This document shows positions 48,423 through 57,783 of a stretch of DNA of 64,000 nucleotides, piece by piece; within the stretch, counting starts at the first letter, position 1, and every line of letters starts with the position of its first letter. The DNA comes from an uncultured delta proteobacterium (lineage in GTDB: Bacteria > Desulfobacterota > Desulfobacteria > Desulfobacterales > UBA2156): NCBI GenBank assembly GCA_963736855.1, contig CAVTQK010000023.1:32001-96000 (forward strand), read 5' to 3'. The notes under the pieces are model-generated. The model had not been told where the DNA came from. It made no database searches and was given only the letters and a program-made list of their open reading frames with translations. The translations under genes were made by a program, and so were the position numbers.

Positions 48423-51400
48423 ATGAAAACCAAGTTAATCAAAGTATTAAAAATCTTCCTCGTCGTCACACTGGTGCTGCTCGTTATCCTGATCATATTC
48501 GGCCTTGTGTTGACCTTGGGTTGGCCATGGTGGATGGGGGGGTTCATTCTGGCCGGCATCGTTGGACTCATACTGATCCTGCTGTTTATGCGAAGGATTC
48601 TGTTGAAAAGGCGAGAGAAACATTTTGTGAACCAAGTCATCGCCCAAGACGAGGCATCATTAAAACATGTGGATATGGGTGAAGCCGAACGTCTTCGTGA
48701 TCTTCAGACACGCTGGAAAGAGGCCATCGATACCCTGAAATCCTCTCATTTGAAGCGTTACGGAAATCCGTTATACGTCTTGCCGTGGTATTTGGTTATC
48801 GGTGAAAGCGGTTCCGGCAAGACCACTGCTATTAAAAATGCCGGCCTCTCATCTCCGTTTGCCGAAGTCAGTCGAACATCCGGGCTTTCCGGCACTCGCA
48901 ATTGCGACTGGTGGTTCTTCGAACAGGCTGTCCTGCTGGATACAGCCGGTCGGTATGCCATTCCCGTGGATGAAGGTCGCGACCGGGATGAATGGCATCA
49001 ATTTTTATCTCTTTTAGCCAGATTTAGGAAAAAGGAGCCCCTAAACGGATTGGTCGTGACCGTTGCCGCCGACAAGCTGCTTCAATCCAATGCGGAACAT
49101 CTGGAAGAATTCGGATCAAGCATCCGAAAGCGTATTGATGAACTCATGCGAATTCTGGGAACGAAATTCCCGGTTTATATTCTTGTCACCAAATGCGACC
49201 TGATTCAGGGAATGAGCCCATTTTGCAATCGTTTCGACGATAAAACCCTCCAACAAGCCATGGGCGCCATCAACCGGGACTCCACGATCGAAATTCCCAC
49301 TTTTGTAAATCAAACGATTTCCACCATCGCAGAACGGCTGAGGGATCTTCGACTGATCCTTTTGCATAAGTCTACATCCACCGGCCATGCTCCGGTGACC
49401 GGCGACAGGATCGATCCCGCCCTGATCCTTTTTCCGGACGAATTCGAACAACTCAAATCCGGCCTGACGGCTTTCATGAAGGGGGCTTTCAAACCCAATC
49501 CTTATCAGGAAACACCCATATTAAGAGGCTTATATTTCAGCAGCGGACGTCAGGAAGGAACACCCTACTCTCATTTCTTAAAAGCCTTAGGTGTCATCGA
49601 GACTAAAGATGTCCTTCCCGGAACCGACCGGGGCCTATTCCTGAATGATTTGTTCACAAAAATTCTTCCTCACGATCGGCGATTGTTCATTCCGACAACT
49701 CGAACGATTCGATGGGGGCGTCTGACACGTAATCTCGGGTTGACCGCCTGGGTAACGGCCATTATCTCTCTGTGCGGGCTTCTGAGTTTTTCATTTGTCA
49801 AAAACATGCAAATTATTCGGGGAGTACCTGCCGAATTTACTAAACCGCCGGTCTTTGAGGATAAAGTATTGTCCAATCTCTCCACGATGAACCGCTTTCG
49901 ACAAACGGTTCTGGATATCGAAAAGCAAAACAAAGGCTGGTGGCTGCCCCGTTTCGGTTTAAACAAAAGCAAAAAAGTGGAAACACGCCTCAAAAATACC
50001 TATTGTCGCACTTTCTCCGAATCCCTATCCGCCGCCTATGACCTTGGCCTGGAAGACTCCTTGGCCGGTTTAGATAAGGATATCTCGGAAAAGACCGTCG
50101 GCCGTTATGCGGCCCATTTGGCCAGGCGAATCAACCTGCTGAAAGCGCGTCTGGCCGGAGTTGGATTTGAGGAACTTCAGAATCGTCCCCACCCGATTTA
50201 TAGCCCCGATCTGATAATGGCCGATGCAGCCCTCCAGGCTGAACTCACTTCTCAATTCAACCTGTTAAATGACAATTATTTGGTCTGGCAGGAAAAAACT
50301 GATGTGTTCAATGAAGAGATGCAGCGTCTTCAGAGCTGGCTGAAATATATCATGACAAAAAAATCTGATAATATTTACTGGTTAGTGGCTTGGTTAAACA
50401 GCCAGCCGGAATTGGAATATATCACTCTTGAAGATTTTTGGGGAGATCGGCTGAAAAATCCGGACGACATCACGATCCCGCCGGCCTTTACGATGGAGGG
50501 GAAAAAACAGATTTATAACCTGATAGCAGAGATTGAAGCAGCCTTGCCCGACCCCACGATCTTCACCGAAAAAAAACCTGATTTTGACCGATGGTATCAT
50601 GCCTCCTACGCCAAGATATGGCGGGATTTTGCCAGTGCTTTTCCTAAGGGCGAATATTGGCTGGCCGATAAAACCGCGTGGCAACAGGCGGCCCTTAAAA
50701 TGACCAACGATGAAAGTCCCTATTTTACATTTCTGGACATCCTCGCCGTACAACTTACGGCCCTTGACAAGGAAAAAGAGCAAATACCCTGGATTCATTT
50801 GGTTCACGGTTTTAAAGCAGCTAAAATCCAGGCAGTCGGAGATGAATCGATAAAGAAGCTGGGCGTTATTGCAAAAGCGACCCAGACGGGGGGAAGCCTT
50901 CTGAAAAAACTTCAAAAAGTCGAAAAACAAGTCGAAAAAATCGGCGGAGGGAGCCCTCTGGATGCCCAGCTTTTGGCTGCCAAGTCCTATCAGGCCTATC
51001 GCAAGGCCTTAAGCGACATTGCGTTAGCTGCCGAATCCCGAAAAGTATCCTATGAGCTGACCGTTGCTTACTTCAAGGAAGACCCGGCGACCAGTGAATC
51101 TCCATTTTTTGTCGCCCACAAGGCGCTGAAAAATCTTCAAAATGCCCTGGAAACCGATCAGACGACTTATCAGAAAATATTCTGGGACCTCGCCTCTGGA
51201 CCACTTTATTTTATACGTGATTACGTCAACTTGGAAACCGCCTGTCATTTAAACAGCCTTTGGGAAAAGGATGTTTTGTTTGAAATACAGGGAATCAAAG
51301 ATAAAACACGAATTCATGACCTTCTTTTTGGCACGGACGGGTATGCCATCAAGTTCATCAACGGCCCGGCAGCCCCCTTTCTCAGCCGCAGTCTGGAAAA

Positions 51401-52349
51401 AGGTTTTTTTGCCCGATCATCACTCGGGCGATTGCTGCCTTTTAAGACTGATTTCCTTGAATTCATCACTCGCAGCATCGAGATGGCAAAGCATAAGAAT
51501 GCAGTTGATTTAGATGCTAGGCTGGATGCCTTATCCGAAACTCCTGGTGAAACCGAAGCACTGCTTGAGCTATTATTTTTAAGAGATTATGAAAAAACAC
51601 CGATAAAGCCGCCGAAAGCGGAACCATCGGAACCGAAACCCCCTCCGCTGGTGTTGAAAGACAAATATCTCGTTTCGATTACAGGTCTGCCTACCGATAC
51701 CAACACTGAGTCTCGGATTAAACCCCATGCCACAACGCTGACGCTCCGCTGTGGCGACCAGCAGACCCAACTGATCAATATGAACTTTCCAGTCAAAAAA
51801 ACCTTCGTTTGGGTTCCTGAAACCTGTACCGATGTCATCCTGAAAATTGAAATTGGGAGCCACATATTAATGCGGCAATATTCCGGGCAACTGGCTTTCC
51901 CCGAATTCCTCAAGGAATTTTCCGGCGGCAGACGAACATTTACTTTAGACGAGTTCAGCGAAAACACGGATGCACTCAAGAGACAAGGGGTTGAACATAT
52001 CAAGGTAAACTTTCAGTTCGATGGATATCAACCGGTGGTAGCGATTATTACGGATAAAGAGGAGCGGGAAAAGAAAAAGAAAGAAGCTCTGGGAATCGCT
52101 GAGGCAGCCCAAAAGGCATCCCAAGCCCGGGATGCCCGTGAAAAAACGGAACAACCCCAGGCATCGATGAATATCCAAGAAATTCTGGAACAAAGGGAGG
52201 CCAAACAGGCCTTAAAAGAGCTGAGAGAACGTCAGAATAAAGAACGACTGCAGAAAGAGAAGGAACTTTTGACCCAGAAAGTCAAACAAGCCTGGGAGGC
52301 CAGGATTCCTGATATACCCCGGGATATTGTAGCGTGCTGGGATCATTAA
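48423..52349 (+). CDS. tssM: T6SS membrane subunit TssM (IcmF) with a C-terminal coiled-coil extension
   Basis: LYVLPWYLVIGESGSGKTT, CDWWF, DTAG, PLNG, FPVYILVTKCD, LRGLYFSS; 1308 aa. Confidence 0.93.
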   Translation: MKTKLIKVLKIFLVVTLVLLVILIIFGLVLTLGWPWWMGGFILAGIVGLILILLFMRRILLKRREKHFVNQVIAQDEASLKHVDMGEAERLRDLQTRWKEAIDTLKSSHLKRYGNPLYVLPWYLVIGESGSGKTTAIKNAGLSSPFAEVSRTSGLSGTRNCDWWFFEQAVLLDTAGRYAIPVDEGRDRDEWHQFLSLLARFRKKEPLNGLVVTVAADKLLQSNAEHLEEFGSSIRKRIDELMRILGTKFPVYILVTKCDLIQGMSPFCNRFDDKTLQQAMGAINRDSTIEIPTFVNQTISTIAERLRDLRLILLHKSTSTGHAPVTGDRIDPALILFPDEFEQLKSGLTAFMKGAFKPNPYQETPILRGLYFSSGRQEGTPYSHFLKALGVIETKDVLPGTDRGLFLNDLFTKILPHDRRLFIPTTRTIRWGRLTRNLGLTAWVTAIISLCGLLSFSFVKNMQIIRGVPAEFTKPPVFEDKVLSNLSTMNRFRQTVLDIEKQNKGWWLPRFGLNKSKKVETRLKNTYCRTFSESLSAAYDLGLEDSLAGLDKDISEKTVGRYAAHLARRINLLKARLAGVGFEELQNRPHPIYSPDLIMADAALQAELTSQFNLLNDNYLVWQEKTDVFNEEMQRLQSWLKYIMTKKSDNIYWLVAWLNSQPELEYITLEDFWGDRLKNPDDITIPPAFTMEGKKQIYNLIAEIEAALPDPTIFTEKKPDFDRWYHASYAKIWRDFASAFPKGEYWLADKTAWQQAALKMTNDESPYFTFLDILAVQLTALDKEKEQIPWIHLVHGFKAAKIQAVGDESIKKLGVIAKATQTGGSLLKKLQKVEKQVEKIGGGSPLDAQLLAAKSYQAYRKALSDIALAAESRKVSYELTVAYFKEDPATSESPFFVAHKALKNLQNALETDQTTYQKIFWDLASGPLYFIRDYVNLETACHLNSLWEKDVLFEIQGIKDKTRIHDLLFGTDGYAIKFINGPAAPFLSRSLEKGFFARSSLGRLLPFKTDFLEFITRSIEMAKHKNAVDLDARLDALSETPGETEALLELLFLRDYEKTPIKPPKAEPSEPKPPPLVLKDKYLVSITGLPTDTNTESRIKPHATTLTLRCGDQQTQLINMNFPVKKTFVWVPETCTDVILKIEIGSHILMRQYSGQLAFPEFLKEFSGGRRTFTLDEFSENTDALKRQGVEHIKVNFQFDGYQPVVAIITDKEEREKKKKEALGIAEAAQKASQARDAREKTEQPQASMNIQEILEQREAKQALKELRERQNKERLQKEKELLTQKVKQAWEARIPDIPRDIVACWDH

Positions 52350-53110
52350 TCGGTATATTCAGGTGGAGCTGGACCATTTGGGGCAAACATCCTTCGGCTG
52401 GAGATTACCTGAGTGGAGGACTAAGCACTCAGGTTGAACGGGCCATTTCCGGGTGGATCCAAGAAGGATACGACCGGTTAAATGTTAAAGAAGGTGACGC
52501 GCGTATCTCATGTGCATGGCGATTTTGGACCCAGGCGACAGGCCGGCATGCCATTGCATGTGGAATTATCATTGACAGTTCTGATCGGCTGGGCCGGCCC
52601 TATCCTCTATTGATTATGGGTACCGGTAACCTCAAAGGATGGGAACGCTGTTGGGAATACCTACCGGTTGTTTTGGAGGGGCTTTGGCGTCGGATGGAGG
52701 AACTATCTGCTTTCCGTACCGAACGATTTGCAGATCTCGAACAGGCCTTGGTTAAATTCGATCCGCCCCGCGTGGACTGGTCGAACCTGAAAAAGGATCC
52801 ATTATCTGTCAACAATGAAATCATGACTTCACGTTCACAAACAAAGGATCTCCCGTTGAGTCATAATGAATACGGCGATCAGCCGTTAACTGAAACCCAT
52901 CAAATTTTCCCTTTAAAAGGCGATACCGTTAAAGCGGCGATGGAATGGCACCAACGGATCAAGGGAAAATGCCCAAAAACTCCGAATGCCCTTTTCATGG
53001 GAGGACCGGTGGCAATGCCCTATTTAGCCGTTTTTACCCGGCCGTTGTTGCCATCGGATTTTGTTCGTTTGTGGACACTGGAATCTTCGATGCCAGATGA
53101 AGCTGCTTAA
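52334..53110 (+). CDS. tagF: T6SS post-translational repressor TagF
   Basis: WGKHPSAGDY, WRFW, SSDRLGRPYPL motifs. Confidence 0.88.
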   Translation: MLGSLIGIFRWSWTIWGKHPSAGDYLSGGLSTQVERAISGWIQEGYDRLNVKEGDARISCAWRFWTQATGRHAIACGIIIDSSDRLGRPYPLLIMGTGNLKGWERCWEYLPVVLEGLWRRMEELSAFRTERFADLEQALVKFDPPRVDWSNLKKDPLSVNNEIMTSRSQTKDLPLSHNEYGDQPLTETHQIFPLKGDTVKAAMEWHQRIKGKCPKTPNALFMGGPVAMPYLAVFTRPLLPSDFVRLWTLESSMPDEAA

Positions 53111-53134
53111 AGGTTTTGTAAGGAGCCTTAGGAT

Positions 53135-54745
53135 ATGAATCCCTGGACCTTGGGTAAAACCCCTGTCAGCGAAGACAAACCCACAGGCGTAAACATCCGC
53201 TATGAACCGGAATTTGAGGCATTGCAGGCGGAGATGGATAAATTGTCCATCCCGTCTGTTTCCGGAGAAATGGATTGGAACAAGATCGGAGACATGGCGG
53301 CAGCGATTCTAGACGAAAAATCGAAAGATCTCCTGGTTGCCGGTTACCTTGCCTTAGCCCGGCTCCGCACTGCTGGGATCGAAGGGCTTGCCCAGGGGGT
53401 GCGAATCTTTCGGGATTTGTTCGAAACGTTCTGGAACGATCTCTACCCCACAAAAGAACGGATGCGGGCGCGTTTAGGAGCGATGGAATGGTGGCTGAAT
53501 AAAACCAAGGTATATCTTGAGATATCATCACCAAAGTCGATACCCAACGACACTCGAGAGTCTCTTTTGCAAGACTTGAACGCCCTTGACAAATGCTTTT
53601 CGGATTGTTTTACCGAACCTCCTTCGCTCAAGCCTATCCGGCAGGCGGTTGAAGCGCTGACCGCCTCGAATGCTCCATTGTCAACCCATAAACAGGCTTC
53701 TTTGGAGTCTGAAGGATCGGTTTCTGATGCTCCTTCCCGGATTCGGCCTTCCCCATCCGTTTCTTCTCCAACCTCTCAATCGCCACCTTCACAACACCAA
53801 ACGGTACGGGAGGTGCCGACAGATGAAAAGGACGTAAAGCAACTCATCAAAAACGGTATGGATTCCATCCGCCGGGCCGCCGCCTTACTGAAGGATCAAT
53901 CACCCGCTGCCGCGGTTTCCTATCGTTTAAACCGGTTTGCTGCCTGGTGTGAAATTGATTCTCTTCCGCCGGCCACCGATGGAAAAACGTTGATCCCCCC
54001 GCCTGACCCCCAAGTCTCCGCAATGCTTCAAACCCTTAGATCCAACGGGAACTGGCCGGCATTGCTCAGCACATCCGAAGAACTGATACCCCAATATGTT
54101 TTCTGGCTTACTTTGAATCGTTATTCGATGGAAGCCCTTAACGGAATGGGGTCGCCCTATCGCGCCGCCGAGGAAGCTGTAAGTCAGGAAACGGCAGCCT
54201 TTTATCAACGCTTCAAAGGCGTTGGAAAACTCAAATTCAGCGACGGCTCCCCCTTGGCTGACGATGAAACCATCCAATGGCTGCAATCGATATCGTCGGT
54301 ACATCCGGGCGCCGACTTCAACAGCGCTATACTTCTAAATGCCGACGACGACTCGAATCAAAAAGCCATGGCCGAAGTCATTCAACAAGCACAGGACCTG
54401 ACCCGTGATAACAAGCTCATTGATGCCCTGGCCCTCATTCAACGTGAAATGAACCTTTGCCAAGCCGGCAAGGAACGATTGTTATGGCGCCTGGCTCTAT
54501 CTCACTTACTGGTTTCTTCCAAACATGCGGATTTAGCGATCCCCCACTTCGACCAGATATTATCGGATATCGATACATTTCATCTGGAAAAATGGGACCC
54601 GGAATTGGCATTGAAAGGATTCAAAGCCGCATGGTCCGGTTTGACGAGGCTGTCCGATAAAACCTTAAAATCAAAGGCGGCCGATATCCTTTCCCGTATC
54701 GCCAGGCTCGATTCGACTGAAGCGCTCCGGATGCAGAGCCGCTGA
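53135..54745 (+). CDS. tssA: T6SS protein TssA (ImpA_N + VasJ-type C-domain)
   Basis: G.NIRYEPEF, SKDL, FW..LYP...R; C-terminal LKFSDGSPLAD and LEKWDPELA. Confidence 0.9.
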   Translation: MNPWTLGKTPVSEDKPTGVNIRYEPEFEALQAEMDKLSIPSVSGEMDWNKIGDMAAAILDEKSKDLLVAGYLALARLRTAGIEGLAQGVRIFRDLFETFWNDLYPTKERMRARLGAMEWWLNKTKVYLEISSPKSIPNDTRESLLQDLNALDKCFSDCFTEPPSLKPIRQAVEALTASNAPLSTHKQASLESEGSVSDAPSRIRPSPSVSSPTSQSPPSQHQTVREVPTDEKDVKQLIKNGMDSIRRAAALLKDQSPAAAVSYRLNRFAAWCEIDSLPPATDGKTLIPPPDPQVSAMLQTLRSNGNWPALLSTSEELIPQYVFWLTLNRYSMEALNGMGSPYRAAEEAVSQETAAFYQRFKGVGKLKFSDGSPLADDETIQWLQSISSVHPGADFNSAILLNADDDSNQKAMAEVIQQAQDLTRDNKLIDALALIQREMNLCQAGKERLLWRLALSHLLVSSKHADLAIPHFDQILSDIDTFHLEKWDPELALKGFKAAWSGLTRLSDKTLKSKAADILSRIARLDSTEALRMQSR

Positions 54746-54825
54746 TTGATAGAAAAAGATTCACATTTCATCGATTGTATGTTAAGAGTTTTCAGAGAAA
54801 CCAACCATCAATAAAGGGGGAAATC

Positions 54826-55311
54826 ATGGCAAAAGAAGCATCTGTCGCGCCCAGGGAAAGGGTGAATATTGTCTACCGGCCGGCCACGGGAGACGCTCAG
54901 GAAGAAGTGGAACTCCCTCTTAAGCTTCTCATCATGGGGGACTTTATCCAAAGACCGGATGATCGGGTCCTGGAAGACCGGGAAACCGTCAGTGTGGATA
55001 AAGACAACTTCAATGAAGTGCTGAAAGCTCAGAACCTGAATCTTTCCGTCACCGTTCCCAACAAATTGTCCGAAAGCCCCGATGAGGAGATGAACGTCAA
55101 TCTGAACTTTGAATCCATCGCGGATTTCGCACCCGAAGCCATCGCCAAAAAGACTCCTGAATTGAACAAGCTGCTGGAGCTGCGCCAGGCACTTACCGCC
55201 CTTAAGGGGCCGTTGAGTAACTTACCAGAATTCCGAAAAAAAATTCAGAATCTCATCAAGGACGAGTCGGCCCGGGAACAACTGCTTAAAGAACTCGGAG
55301 TAGAAGAGTAA
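54826..55311 (+). CDS. tssB: T6SS sheath small subunit TssB
   Basis: SVAPRERVNIVY, VELPLKLLIMGDF, DF.PE..., LLELRQAL; AAGGGGG RBS before ATG 54826. Confidence 0.95.
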   Translation: MAKEASVAPRERVNIVYRPATGDAQEEVELPLKLLIMGDFIQRPDDRVLEDRETVSVDKDNFNEVLKAQNLNLSVTVPNKLSESPDEEMNVNLNFESIADFAPEAIAKKTPELNKLLELRQALTALKGPLSNLPEFRKKIQNLIKDESAREQLLKELGVEE

Positions 55312-55326
55312 GAAAGGGAGGGTCGT

Positions 55327-56811
55327 ATGCCCGAGATCCAGGAACAAAAAATGGCTGTAAAACAGGAGACCGAGGAAAAACCATCCTTACTGGACGAAAT
55401 CACGCAGGCCACCAAACTCCGGCCGGCGGATGAAGCTTACGGAATGGCCAAAAAGGGAATCGAAGCCTTAATCTCGGCCCTTATCGAGCCCGGACGAGAG
55501 GTCGGTAAAATCACCAAGGCCACTGTTGATGAGATGATCGCCGAGCTGGATAACAAGCTCAGCCTTCAGATTAATGCCATTTTGCACCATCCTCAATTCC
55601 AAAAGCTGGAATCCGCATGGCGATCCTTGAAATACCTGGTGGATCACACCGACTTCCGTGAAAATATCAAGCTGGAAATCCTCAATGTCAGCAAGGAAGA
55701 CCTCCTGGATGACTTTGAAGATTCGCCGGAAATCGTCAAATCCGGCCTCTATAAAACGGTTTATACGGCTGAGTATGGTCAATTCGGTGGTCAGCCTTAT
55801 GCAGCCATGATCGGCAATTACAATTTTGGACCCGGACCTCAGGACATCAAGCTGCTGCAAAACGTAGCCGGCGTCGCCGCCATGGCCCACGCACCCTTTA
55901 TCGCCGCTGCCGGGCCTGAGTTCTTCGGTTTGGACGATTTCAGCGGACTGCCCAACCTCAAGGACTTGAAAGCTATCTTCGAAAGCCCCAAATACATCAA
56001 ATGGCAGTCCTTCCGGGAATCCGAAGATGCCCGTTATGTGGGTTTGACCCTACCTCGATTTCTCCTTCGATTACCCTACGGCACCAAGACCGTTCCGGTA
56101 AAGGCTTTCAATTTCGAAGAAAATGTGTCTGCCAGCCATGAACAGTACTTGTGGGGAAACACGGCATTTTCTTTTGCCACCCGATTTACCGACAGCTTTG
56201 CCAAATACCGGTGGTGTGCGAATATCATCGGCCCCCAAGCGGGAGGTGCGGTGGAAGATTTGCCGCTTCACCAGTTTGAAGCCATGGGAGCGATCGAAAC
56301 GAAGATCCCCACCGAAGTCCTGGTTTCGGAAAGAAGGGAATTCGAACTGGCGGAAGAGGGATTCATCGGCCTCACCATGCGTAAAGGAAGCGACAACGCC
56401 GCCTTTTTCTCGGCCAACTCCGTCCAGAAACCCAAATTTTTCGGGATCAGCAAAGAGGGGAAGGAAGCCGAGCTGAATTACAAGCTGGGTTTGCAATTGC
56501 CTTATATGTTCGTCATCAACCGGCTGGCCCATTATCTGAAGGTCATCCAGCGAGAAAATATCGGCACCTGGAAGGAGCGGGTTGATCTGGAAAACGAACT
56601 CAACAAATGGATCGGGCAATACGTGACCGAAATGGACAATCCGCCTCCGGGAACTCGAAGCCGCCGTCCCCTGCGCATGGCTAAAGTGACTGTGGAGGAA
56701 GTGGAGGGTGAACCCGGCTGGTACAGAGTCGGCCTCAAGGTACGACCTCACTTTAAATACATGGGGGCTTTCTTTACCCTTTCTTTGGTGGGCAAGCTCG
56801 ATAAATCCTAA
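55327..56811 (+). CDS. tssC: T6SS sheath large subunit TssC
   Basis: ILHHPQFQKLESAWRSL, EYGQFGG, AHAPF, LPRFLLRLPY, RLAHYLKVIQRENIG, RPHFKY. Confidence 0.97.
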   Translation: MPEIQEQKMAVKQETEEKPSLLDEITQATKLRPADEAYGMAKKGIEALISALIEPGREVGKITKATVDEMIAELDNKLSLQINAILHHPQFQKLESAWRSLKYLVDHTDFRENIKLEILNVSKEDLLDDFEDSPEIVKSGLYKTVYTAEYGQFGGQPYAAMIGNYNFGPGPQDIKLLQNVAGVAAMAHAPFIAAAGPEFFGLDDFSGLPNLKDLKAIFESPKYIKWQSFRESEDARYVGLTLPRFLLRLPYGTKTVPVKAFNFEENVSASHEQYLWGNTAFSFATRFTDSFAKYRWCANIIGPQAGGAVEDLPLHQFEAMGAIETKIPTEVLVSERREFELAEEGFIGLTMRKGSDNAAFFSANSVQKPKFFGISKEGKEAELNYKLGLQLPYMFVINRLAHYLKVIQRENIGTWKERVDLENELNKWIGQYVTEMDNPPPGTRSRRPLRMAKVTVEEVEGEPGWYRVGLKVRPHFKYMGAFFTLSLVGKLDKS

Positions 56812-56834
56812 ACCGATCATTCAAGGAGGTCACG

Positions 56835-57323
56835 ATGGCGTTAAATGCGTATTTGAAGCTCAAAGGTAAAAAAACGGGTGATATCAAAGGGTCGGTCACC
56901 CAAAAGGGCCGTGAAGATTCCATTATGGTAATCGGGGTAAATCATGAGGTCATTTCTCCACGAGATGCCGCCTCCGGGTTGCCGACGGGAAAGAGACAAC
57001 ATAAACCGATCACCATTACCAAAGAAGTGGATGCTTCCTCTCCGCACCTATATAATCTCCTGGTCAACAACGAAAATATCACCGAATGGGTGCTGCAGTT
57101 CTGGACACCATCACCCACCGGTCAGGAAAAACAATATTATACGATCAAACTCACCAACGCCACCATTTCAGGAATTCAGATGGAAATGCTGAACAACAAA
57201 TATCCCGAAAATATGCAGCACAAAGAGCGGGAGCGTGTTGAATTCTGCTATCAAAAGATCGCCTGGACATGGGTGGAAGGAGGCATCGAGGCAGAGGATG
57301 ACTGGGAATCTCCGGTTGCCTAA
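56835..57323 (+). CDS. hcp: T6SS tube protein Hcp (TssD)
   Basis: AYLKLKG...IKGS, TGKRQHKPITITKEVD.SSP, YQKI.W, DDW. Confidence 0.96.
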   Translation: MALNAYLKLKGKKTGDIKGSVTQKGREDSIMVIGVNHEVISPRDAASGLPTGKRQHKPITITKEVDASSPHLYNLLVNNENITEWVLQFWTPSPTGQEKQYYTIKLTNATISGIQMEMLNNKYPENMQHKERERVEFCYQKIAWTWVEGGIEAEDDWESPVA

Positions 57324-57336
57324 CGGTTAATTGCAA

Positions 57337-57750
57337 ATGAGAGAAGCGCGGCTTCTTGAACGCATCCGACACTGGGAAAAAGAACCGCACCGCCGCTCAC
57401 GGGAGGATCCGGGCAGAGTCATCGACTCCGTTATGAACTATCTGCAGCGGATCCTCAACACGCGCCGGGGGAACGCCCCGATCGCCGAAGATTTTGGTAT
57501 TCCCGATTTCACCGAATTTTTAAGCTCCTATCCTGACTCGTTACGGGAATTCGAACGGACGATCCGGGAAACGATTTTAAAATTTGAACCTCGTTTAAAG
57601 GCGGTCCGAGTATCTTTTATCCCTCAGGAAGAGGATCCGTTCGCCATCCATTTCCAAATTGCAGCCCGTTTGACCGCCGAGCATGGAAACCAGCCGGTAC
57701 AATTCGTCAGCCTGATGGATCATGAAGGCCGGATTCGGATCAACCGGTAA
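57337..57750 (+). CDS. tssE: T6SS baseplate subunit TssE (gp25-like)
   Basis: LLERI, ILNTRRG...DFGIPD, FEPRL. Confidence 0.93.
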   Translation: MREARLLERIRHWEKEPHRRSREDPGRVIDSVMNYLQRILNTRRGNAPIAEDFGIPDFTEFLSSYPDSLREFERTIRETILKFEPRLKAVRVSFIPQEEDPFAIHFQIAARLTAEHGNQPVQFVSLMDHEGRIRINR

Positions 57751-57783
57751 TCTATTCATTGTGCAAGGCTCGTTAGGAGATTC

